The notes under the pieces are model-generated. The model did not search any database and had not been told where the DNA came from. It was given only the letters and a program-made list of their open reading frames with translations. 64,000 bases of DNA from Paraspadella gotoi (Eukaryota > Animalia > Chaetognatha). The translations under genes were made by a program, and so were the position numbers. The stretch is taken from positions 2,081,574-2,145,573 of the forward strand of contig CM119268.1 of the NCBI GenBank assembly GCA_051294375.1, written 5' to 3'. This document shows, piece after piece, positions 53,434-64,000 of this stretch. Numbering within the stretch: the stretch's first letter is position 1; each line of letters starts with the position of its first letter.

Positions 53434-55884
53434 CCTAGGTAAGGCACTAGGTTAGAAATGAGCCTCGTACTCTTGTCGGTAATGAACTTTTCTCATTGAC
53501 TCTCGTTGACCCCGAGCAATGCTCTCGACGTCTTACCCTTTCCAACTGCTGCAAGTCTCGCAGAAAGAATCGCAAGAAAATCCTGTTGCTGCCGGAATGA
53601 AACACGGAGAGAACACGGGAACAATAACGTCGAGCTCGGTCCTGGCTCTGGAAAAAAAAAAAAAAAACAAAAGGGAAAGATTTTAGGTCGGTCGGTTTTT
53701 CTACAGAAAGTTTTGTCCATTCGGTCGGTCGGTCTATGATCACCGGTGATGTTCTTTCACCTGTGATTGGCTATATATATATTCGTCAAACGTTTCATAA
53801 TCTAGTTGACGAGTTATTAATCGCAAAGACGCATGCAGACTTACCAACGACGTTCGGTCGTAAACTTCTAGAAAGTTCTCCGAACAATTGTTCGTCTTTG
53901 CCAGAACGAATTGGTCGAGGGTAAGCAAGAAGCGGTTGCCGGGACGACCTTAGATAACGAGGACAAGCGTTGTCTTTACACGTTGTTTCATTTTTTTTTA
54001 TTTCATTTTCATTTCATAAACTGTAAATACTACCTGAGATTTGCCAAGTACAATCGATGGGTCGAATCTCTTTCCGGTTTTCTGGGATGGAGTCCAAAGT
54101 TATCGCCGTTTGAAGCTCACGATTCATGTTGATGTTGAAGAAGCACTCGGACAGCTTGGAGGTCGAGACTGAAAACAGATAATTTAACGATATAACATAT
54201 CGATGATTACGCATACAAAGTCTAATGTTTTTTTCATTATTTAGCGGTTTTTGATTATTGATTGATTGATTAATTACTTTAATTTAATTGACCGATTGAG
54301 TTTACAGGGCAGTAAGGACTTATCGATTAATCGTTGAATTGATTTATTGGATTGATCGACTACTCGATTGTTTGATTTATTGATTTATTGATAGATTGAC
54401 TAATTATTATTTTTATTGATTGATTGATTGATCGATTAATCGAGGCTTGACTCACCAATGTCCGGTCTCAATTCAAAGTTGTACATAAACTTGAATCCTT
54501 CGTACTGCACGTTGTCGTCGACTTTGAAGTAGATGAACAAGAATCTAGTTTTGGTGGAGATGGACGGAGGGTAGACGTCTCCGCACCATCGACCTGAAGA
54601 GGTCAGGGAATCGGGGTAAGTTAATGAAAAGGCGGAAGTGTTGGTTATTGAATTTGTGAATTTGTGAGGGAAATTGTAAGACTAAAAGGTTGGGCTGTTT
54701 AAAATTTTTGCCTCAAGCTAATCGTTTTTTACTTTTTTTTATACTATTTTCGTCTTCTACATCATTAACAAAAATTTAAATAATTGAATTCTTGATATTA
54801 ATAATGATAGCTCTTACTAATTTAAAATAATACATACGTTTTAAACAAAAATATCAAAAGAATTAATCAATTTCAATTAAGAAAATATTTTGGAAGCTCA
54901 AATAGTTCTGGCGAAAACGACGACGACAACGAAGACGACGAATACAACGACGAAGACGACGACGAAGTCTTGATGAATCTTTCTGTAAAGTTCACCTTTT
55001 CAAAGGTTGATTTATGATCTACGTGTATCTTATATTTTATTTATTACTTTAAATATACTCTCTTATTATATTATGTTAACCTATGAGAGGCGAAAAGCCG
55101 AATTGTCCGTCGTGAAGTTCCACGAAGTCGTATTTACAACTAGGCGAAGCTTCGATGTGAAACTTTCCTCGAAAAGTCACGTGAATGATGTGACCTTCGG
55201 GCGCCTCCAACACTTGGATGCAAGTAGTTCCGTTGGGGTAGGCTGAAGATGAAAAAGGAAAGTGAGTTACGAATTGGAATCAAGCTCTCTGATTGGTCGA
55301 GACTCGGATAAACCGGCCAATAGGCGGATGAGCTTCCACCTGCGAGAATGAATAAGGTTGTCCTCTCGATAATGCGCTTTTTTACTTGGCAAACGTCGTG
55401 TGCACTGCACACTGTGTACACACTGTGCACACTGTGCAGACTGTGCACACTGTGCAGGTTCTTGACTAAAAATCGCGCAAAACAGATGAGACGCTTAAGA
55501 GACAATATCCGTAGCTAATACTTAAGTACATACAATCAATATTTATTAGTTTTTTTTAGATTTTAAATGTATATTTTATAATTCTATATATATGAAAATT
55601 TGAAAATTATTTGTTTCACTATTTTTTATTTTTATATTATATGTATTAAACCTCAGTTAATTACATACATAGTTAATAAAAATAATTTTAATTTTAAAAA
55701 CAGAATGAGTTTTAATTTTAGCGAGTTACTTTTTCTTTCTATCCTTAAGCCAAGTCCATTTCCCCTTTCCTTTTTACCGTTCGGATAGTTGGGTGACGTC
55801 AAAGTGTCCGACAAAATTCTTCTCCCGTTTTTCGTTCTGAATTTCCAACAAGGTCTGGGGATGTAGTCGCGGATGATGGGGTCG
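49399..55884 (-). CDS. Neto (neuropilin- and tolloid-like)/SOL-2-like CUB-CUB-LDLa-TM protein; signal-peptide exon at 63635-63723
   Basis: CUB1 LTSPNYPN|AYPNGTTCIQVLEAP...IEASPSCKYDFVELHDGQFGFSPLI|GRWCG; CUB2 PIDCTWQI...NNCSENFLEVYD; LDLa FHCGDNTCIDQSLVCNEVVNCKFSWDE; TM HTVILSSLAVTIAFAVSVSLVMAC then RRRCRRR. Confidence 0.88.
52684..52815 (+). repeat. Degenerate (GGTTAG/TTAGGG)-like repeat inside a Neto intron
   Basis: ttaggttagggattaaggttagggattaggttaggg...; irregular units, interstitial position. Confidence 0.75.
53225..53432. repeat. (CAT)n microsatellite region in a Neto intron
   Basis: Long CAT/TCA runs; lengths differ in the duplicate copy (59102-59350). Confidence 0.9.
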
Positions 55885-55932
55885 CTGGAGAGAGAGAGAG
55901 AGAGAAAAAGGGAGAAAGAAGAGAGAAGAGAG

Positions 55933-55980
<48 letters not shown>

Positions 55981-56119
55981 AGGAAAGTATTTTAGAGAAA
56001 TCGGGCTCTTAAAGTTTTAAACTATTCTTTCGACAAATTGAGGCGCAATGTCGCTTCCTAGTCTTTTGGCCGATGGAATAAATCGAGTCACCCAAACGAG
56101 CGTCTCTCTCTCTCTCTCT

Positions 56120-56176
<57 letters not shown>

Positions 56177-57106
56177 TCCGCTCAGTTGCGATAGTTCGCT
56201 CTTTAATCTCCAGTCTCTCGTCGTCTCGTCAGTCTCGTCGTCGTCGTCGTCGTCGTCTTCGTCGTCGTCGTCGTTTTCTTCATCCTTGAAAAACTTTCCG
56301 TGACATTTAACGGATGTAATTACTCTCCCGTTCCCCCCCCCTCCCGCCTCTTGTTCTCACCCTACTCCACCCGTCCCTGCTCATTCCCCCCCCCTCTAAA
56401 GTTCCCTGGCGAAGACGGAGGATCTCAGACGCGTTGCTAAGCGACGAGTAAGCACCCGCTTCCAATTATCACTTCCGTCCCGTCTTACTCGTTGTCTAGA
56501 CGACGGAGGGGGAGGGAGTAATAACCAGTACATTGTTTCATGTTGAAAATTGTCTTGTTTGAAATTGGGATAAATGATAAAGCGGAACTAAATTATCACG
56601 TCTGAAGATGAGGACGGGTAACAAGAAACGGTTTTGTTCCAAGTTGTGTCGCCGCCACATTGAACTTTTTTTTTCTCAAGAATTATGAATATGTTTAATC
56701 ATTAATTTATATCACCTATATTTTTACGTAAATACAAAATAGTAATCAAGAAAAAATATGCCCCGCGGAAAATATGACCGTAAAAATGACAATTTTGGAA
56801 CCTAAAAAAATGCGAAAAAAATGAGAAACGACCGCAAGATATCCTCTTTAACCAATAAGCATATCCATTTTTCGATGTATATAAATTAATAAATCAATAA
56901 ATGAATAAAATTAATTAATAATTAACATATTACAAGTTATAAAAATTTAAAATATAAACGGAGAGACAGACGGACGGACCGAAAAGCAACTGAAAAAGGC
57001 GAGATAACGAGAGTGAGCTAATAAGTTGCCTTCTCAATCCATATCAGGCTTTCAGAGTCATTTTTCCTTTCGCTTCTGATTNNNNNNNNNNNNNNNNNNN
57101 NNNNNN

Positions 57107-59100
57107 CATTAAACAGATTATGACAAATTTCAACCCACCCTACCCCTTGGATAATTCTCGCTCACCTTGACTTCCTGTTTGGGCGAGAGCTCGCGATGTT
57201 TCTCGCAGGAAAAGGCTGCGTCTGACAATGGAAATCTGGCAGGGCCGCCGTGATTGCAGAGGCAGCAATTGGGGGTTCGTCCCTTGTTGCAGAAGGCGGA
57301 CTTGGGTCGTGGCGTGACAGGCAGAGCGGACGCTGATGGCGGACGAAGTAGTTGGAGTCTTGATCTCGGTTGGACCAAGGAAGTCTCCATGATGGGGAAA
57401 TGAGTTTGGTCGTCTACAATTAAAAACGAACTGGATGTTGCTAAAAACCCCATCTATACAAAATAAATTAAATTTGAGTCTTCTTAATAACATTTGGCTT
57501 GTATAGTAAAATTCTCCGTCCTAAATATTCTGAGGGAGTTTTCTTTATCTAATTGATTATTTCATAATAGAGAAGCCAAAACTAAATTAAACAGAGAATC
57601 GGTCGTGCATTGATGTAAATTTCAACTTTTAAAGATAGGAGGATAAAGAGCTGGTTTATTGACTCATCAGCTAATTTTTAAAATTGTTGTACCAATTTTA
57701 TTTTGCATTTTTAATTTCTGCGATGATTCTTACCGGAACTTTTTCAATCGAGACGTTTTCTTCCAAGTATTTGATCTTTTCCTATTTTCGAACTCGTTTT
57801 CAGTGAGTGTTATCTTTCTCCTGCGAAAGAAAAGATTTTAATTCTAGAATTCGTTCACGCTTTTCGTATTCACATCCTTCACGAGTTCTTCACCGACGGT
57901 GGAGATGTAAGTCAACTCCCGAGCTTTTTTCTTGAAATTCCGCCGCCGACAGCGTCTTCTGAGTTTGAGGTATTTAAAATGAAAATTTATTGAAATACGT
58001 ATGTTATAATTTAATTTAATATTAACAAATAATATCATAAATAATAAAACCTCAATGAATTTCAAAGTCTAATAATGGTTAACATTAAAAAAAAAGAAAA
58101 CGCTTTAGCTCAGCAGGATTTAATCTTAATTTATAAATATTCGCCACCTTTCATTATCTTCTCCCTTCCCCAAATTAGGCTAATTGTAGGAGGTCGTTTA
58201 ATTAATATTTCTAAAAAAATATAGCAATGAATAGTGGGCCAAAACCTGCAGGCCATGACGAGAGAGACGGAGACGGCGAAGGCGATGGTGACGGCGAGCG
58301 AGGAGAGAATCACTGTGTGCATCGGGACGTCGGACGGAATCAACGCGGCTGCGATTCCTGAGCCACTGTGCGCCTCTTTCTTTGTTTGGCAATTCGCGTC
58401 TGAACCAATTTTTAGATAGGGTGTTTTTTATCACTTTTTTAATGTTTAGTTTCTGTCCGCCTTACTACAGAGTACACATTCATTAATAATAAAACGTCCC
58501 CGAATGTGAAGCCCTTTTTGGCCTTATTTCCCCAGAAACGGCCCGTTATGTCTATATACGGAATTAGGTTAATTTTTTTGAGTTTAAAGCTTAGGTTAGA
58601 AATTAGGGTTTCGGATTAGGTTAGGATTAAGGTTAGGGATTAGGTTAGGGATTTAAGGTTAGGGATTTGGTCTATGATTACTGATTAGGGTTTAAGGATT
58701 AGTATTAATTAAGGATAAAACTTTGGGATTAGTTAATAAGTTTAAAAATATATTTAGGTTTTAATATTAAGTTAAATAAACAAACAAAAAATGGGGCACT
58801 CTCAAGAAAAGTGAGCCGATAAAAACGAACCACTAATTATACATTACTTTTTCTCTCTTCCTACGTATAGTATGTATTTGTCTCATCTCTCGAGAAAGCA
58901 CTTTCCTTACCCACGACCATCTGCTCCTTACCCTCGTCCCAACTGAACTTGGCAATTGACGACTTCATTGCAGACGAGACTTGATCGATGCAAGTGTTGT
59001 CCCACAGTGAAAACGATTTCGTGGATCGCAAGGACCACTGTGGAAGACGCTGAGCATCGCTGGAACTTGACCTGAGAAAGGTGAGAAACAAAAGCCATTG

Positions 59101-59136
<36 letters not shown>

Positions 59137-59178
59137 TAATCATTATCATTATCATCATCATCATCGTCATCATCTTCA

Positions 59179-59217
<39 letters not shown>

Positions 59218-59274
59218 ATTATCATCATTAATTATCTGAGAAACAAGAGCCGTGAACTTGGCATTGGATCATCG

Positions 59275-59311
<37 letters not shown>

Positions 59312-61811
59312 AATCGTCATCGTCATCATCATCATCATCATCATCATCAATCATCCCTAGGTAAGGCACTAGGTTAGAAATGAGCTCGTACTCTTGTCGG
59401 TAATGAACTTTTTCATTGACTCTCGTTGACCCGAGCAATGCTCTCGACGTCTTACCTTTCCAACTGCTGCAAGTCTCGCAGAAGAATCGCAAGAAAATCC
59501 TGTTGCTGCCGGAATGAAAACACCGGAGAGAACACGGGAACAATAACGTCGAGCTCGGTCTGGCTCTGGAAAAAAAAACAAAAAAAAAAAACAAAAGGGA
59601 AAGATTTTAGGTCGCCGGATTTTCTACAGAAGTTTTGTCCATTCGGTCGGTCGGTCTATGATCACCGGTGATGTTCTTTCACCTGTGATTGGCTATATAT
59701 ATATTCGTCAAACGTTCATAATCTAGTTGACGAGTTATTAATCGCAAAAGACGCATGCAGACTACCAACGACGTTCGGTCGTAAACTTCTAGAAAGTTCT
59801 CCGAACAATTGTTCGCTTTTGCCAGAACGAATTGGTCGAGGGTAAGCAAGAAGCGGTTGCGGGACTACCTGAGATAACAAGGACAAGCGTTGCTTTACAC
59901 GTTGTTTCATTTTTTTTAATTTCATTTCATTCATAAACTGTAAAATACTACCTGAGATTTGCCAAGTACAATCGATGGTCGAATCTCTTTCCGGTTTCTG
60001 GGATGGAGTCCAAAGTTATCGCCGTTTGAAGCTCACGATTCCATGTTGATGTTGAAGAAGCACTCGGACAGCTTGGAGGTCAGAGACTGAAAACAGATAA
60101 TTTAACGATATAACATATCGATGATTACGCAACAAAGTCTAATGTTTTTTTCTTATTTAGCGGTTTTTGATTATTGATTGATTGATAATTAACTTTAATT
60201 TAATTGACCGAATGAGTTTACAGGGCAGTAAGGACTATCGATTAATCGTTGAATTGAGTTATTGGATTGACGACTACTCGATTGTTTGATTTATTGATTA
60301 TTGATAGATTGACTAATTATTATTTTATTGATTGATTGATGATCGATTAATCGAGGCTTGACTCACCAATGTCCGGTCTCAATTCAAAGTTGTACATAAA
60401 CTGAATCCTTCGTACTGCACGTTGTCGTCGACTTTGAAGTATGATGAACAAGAATCGAGTTTTGGTGGAGATGGACGGAGGGGAGACGTCTCCGCACCAT
60501 CGACCTGAGAGGTCAGGGAATCGGGGTAAGTCTAATGAAAAGGCGAAGTGTTGGTTATTGATTTGTGAATTTGTGAGGGAAATTGTAATACTAAAAGGTT
60601 CGCTGTTTTAAAATTTTGCCCTGGCAAGCTAATCGTTTTTTTACTTTTTTTATACATTTTCGTCCTTCTACATCATTAACAAAAATTTAAATAATTGAAT
60701 TCTTGATATTAATAATGATAGCTCTTACTAATAAAAATAATACATACGTTTTAAACCAAAAATTCAAAGAATTAATCAATTTCAATTAAGAAAATTATTT
60801 TGGAAGCTCAATAGTTCTGGCGAAAAAACGACGACGGACAACGAAGACGACGAATACAACGACGAAGACGACGACGAAGTCTGATGAATCTTTCTGTAAA
60901 GTTCACCTTTTCAAAGGTTGATTTATGATCTACGTGTATCTATATTTTATTTATTACTTTAAATATACTCTCTAGTATATTATGTTAACCTATGAGAGGC
61001 GAAAAGCCGAATTGTCCGTCGTGAAGTTCGACGAAGTCGTATTTACAACTCGGCGAAGCGATTCGATGTGAAACTTTCCTCGAAAAGCACGTGAATGATG
61101 TGTGACCTTCGGGCGCCTCCAACACTTGGATGCAAGTAGTTCCGTTGGGTAGGTGAAGATGAAAAAAGGAAAAGTGCGTTACGAATTGGAATTCAAGCTC
61201 TCTGATTGGTCGAGACTCGGATAAACCGGCCAATAGCGGATGAGCTTCCACCTGCGAGAATGAATAAGGTTGTCCTCTCGATAATGCGCTTTTTTACTTG
61301 GCAAAACCTCGTGTGCACTGCAACACTGTGTACACACTGTGCACACTGTGCAGACTGTGTCACACTGTGCAGGTTCTTGACTAAAAATCGCGCAAAACAG
61401 ATGAGACGCTTAAAGAGACATATCCGTAGCTAATACTTAAGTACATACATCAATATTATTAGTTTTTTTAGATTTAAATGTATATTTTATAATTCTATAT
61501 ATATGAAAAATTGAAAATATTTGTTTCACTATTTTTTATTTTTTATATACATGTATTAAACCTCAGTTAATTACATACCATAGTTAATAAAAATAATTTA
61601 ATTTTAAAACGGAATGAGTTTTAATCTTAGCGAGTTTACTTTTTCTTTCTATCCTTAAGCCAAGCCATTTCCCTTTCCTTTTTAACCGTTCGCATAGTTG
61701 GGTGACGTCAAAAGTTCCGACAAAATTCTTCTCCGTTTTCGTTCTGAATTTCCAACAAGGTCTGGGGATGTAGTCGCGATGATGGGTCGCTGGGAGAGAG
61801 AGAGAGAGAAA

Positions 61812-61865
<54 letters not shown>

Positions 61866-62003
61866 AGAGAAAAATAGGAAAGTATTTTAGAAAATGCGGG
61901 CTCTTAAAGTTTTAAACTATTCTGTCGACAAATTGAGGCGCAAATGTCGCTCCTAGTCTTTTGGCCGATGGAATAAATCGAGTCACCCAAAACGAGCGTC
62001 TCT

Positions 62004-62077
<74 letters not shown>

Positions 62078-62122
62078 TCCGCTCAGTTGCGATAGTTCGC
62101 TCTTAATCTCCAGTCTCGTCGT

Positions 62123-62160
<38 letters not shown>

Positions 62161-62966
62161 TTCGTCGTCGTCGTCGTTTTCTTCATCCTTGAAAAACTTT
62201 CCGTGACATTTAACGGATGTAATTACTCTCCCTTCCCCCCCCCTCCGCCTCTTGTTCTCACCCTACTCCACCCGTCCCTGCTCATTCCCCCCCCCTCTAA
62301 AGTTCCCGGCGAAGACGGAGGATCTCAGACGCGTTTGCTAAGCGACGAGTAAGCACCCGCTTCCAATTATCACTTCCGTCCCGTCTTACTCGTTGTCTAG
62401 ACGACGGAGGGGGAGGGAGTAATAACCAGTACATTGTTTCATGTTGGAAAATTGTCTTGTTGAAATTGGATAAATGATAAAGCGAACTAAATTATCACGT
62501 CTGAAGATGAGACCGGGTAACAAGAACGGTTTTGTTCCAAGTTGTTGCGCCACATTGAACTTTTTTTTTCTCCAGAATTAGAATATGTTTAATCATTAAT
62601 TTATATCACCTATATTTTTTACGTAAATACAAAATAGTATCAAGAAAAAATATGGCCCGCGAAAATATGACCGTAAAAATGAATTGGAACCTAAAAATGC
62701 GAAAAAAATGAGTAAACGAGCAAGATATTCTTTAACAATAAGCATATCCATTTTTCGATGTATATAAATTAATAAATCAATAAATGAATAATAATTAATT
62801 AATAAATTAACATATTACAAGTTATAAAAATTATAAAATATAACGGAGAGACAGACGGACGGACCGAAAAGCAACTGGAAAAAGGCGAGATAACGAGAGT
62901 GAGCTAATAAGTTGCCTTCTCAATCCATATCAGGCTTTCAGAGTCATTTTTCCTTCGCTTCTGATT
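57107..62966. other. Direct duplicate of 51222-57081 (Neto exons and introns) with many 1-bp indels; probable assembly artefact
   Basis: Begins right after 25 N (57082-57106) with the same sequence as 51222 and ends with the same sequence as 57081; the exon copies are frameshifted. Confidence 0.85.
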
Positions 62967-63634
62967 TTTTCCCCGATGATTTAATCTTTTTCCAATTAGA
63001 TCGAATCTTAATTCCAATCAAAGCGGTTGGCGATAACGAATCCGACTGGGGTTTTCCCTGGGCACGAGAAAAAAACGATTCTATGGCATATGGTCGGATT
63101 GCATGGTCTTCGTCGTTTGGTTATTTGGTTAATTGGTAATTTCAGTTTTGCCGGTTGTTATTTTATAGCGAGGAATAAAGACTAAAGTAACAATTTGAAT
63201 TTTTGGTCCGCTAAAATAATATTTCGATTCCAAATATACTGTAGCTTTGCTAGATTTATGATCCAAAAAATGGCAGTTTTTTATTTATTTTAAGACAATA
63301 TTATTCAAATGTTATATCTATTGTTATTGAAAGCCTTGAAAGCGATCTATATGTATTATGTAATTGGTGTTGGTGTTGGTTAACTGGGTGGGTACTGGGT
63401 ATGCAATTTAATTGATTTGTTTGTTTGAACGGTCTTTGGCTGATATGTCACTTTACATTGGTTGATTAGATATAATTGTTTACTTGGCGATAATTGTTGA
63501 CAATGTGTTTATTTGTATGCATCTGTAATGAATAAAAACTTATTGAATAAAAATTGATGCTCGAATCCTTTTTTTTTTATTTGTTACTTGAATGTTTATG
63601 AAAGAAAACACAAAATATCGCCTCCCCCCCTGAC

Positions 63635-63723
63635 CTGTAAATGGATTGACTGACGTCGTCCCCGTGACTCCGCGCGTCGAAGAGAACGAAAGCGGAGAAG
63701 AGAAAAAACAAAATGGCCGACAT
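63635..63723 (-). CDS. First coding (signal peptide) exon of the Neto-like gene
   Basis: MSAILFFLFSAFVLFDARSHGDDVSQSIY; 89 nt ending in phase 2 (ag|gtcag), matching the phase-2 acceptor of the DPIIRDYIP exon. Confidence 0.75.
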
Positions 63724-64000
63724 TTTCGTCTCCGGCGATTTTTTTGCGACGGCCGCTAGGGGGACGAAGGCGCGGCACGCGTCGGTCATCGGGGCAGGGG
63801 CGTTCCGGGCGAGGGCGAAGTGGGCGAATGGGCCGGGGACGATATGGTCAACGACGAAGAGGGCAGGGACGATCGGGTCAACAATGAAGACAATGGATGG
63901 GGAAGAGAGAGGGGCAAGAATGATTTATAAGACTGAGTCATCGACCGAATCAATGGATCTGATCGTAGTGGCGAAGATAGTGGCAAGGGCGATTCTAACG

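Overview
Gene-dense, intron-containing animal (bilaterian-type) genomic DNA with short introns, (CT)n/(CAT)n microsatellites and two N-gaps. Hand-assembled gene models in order: DCAF7 last exon, MAD2, an SLC25A34/35-like mitochondrial carrier, UBE2Z, a CCDC62-like gene (-), a small protein apparently made of two TDP-43-N-terminal-like domains, a LOTUS+Tudor (TDRD7/5-like) gene whose intron holds a 2.1-kb foldback transposon, a 2-TM micropeptide (-), a KCTD-type BTB protein with a winged-helix-like tail, a GT29 sialyltransferase, a PRMT1-like protein with degenerate catalytic motifs, OPA3, a large disordered C2H2 protein, DDX5/17, an Srrm2/3/4-type gene carrying the eMIC (microexon enhancer) domain (-), and a Neto-like CUB-CUB-LDLa-TM gene (-). 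The block 51222-57081 recurs, indel-riddled, at 57107-62966 across an N-gap and is most likely an assembly artefact. The most interesting candidates are the RRM-less tandem TDP-43-NTD-like protein, the intact pseudo-PRMT, the stop-bearing microexons upstream of the eMIC exons, the BTB-wHTH fusion, and an operon-like gene arrangement. All family calls come from motif recognition by eye; no searches were run.
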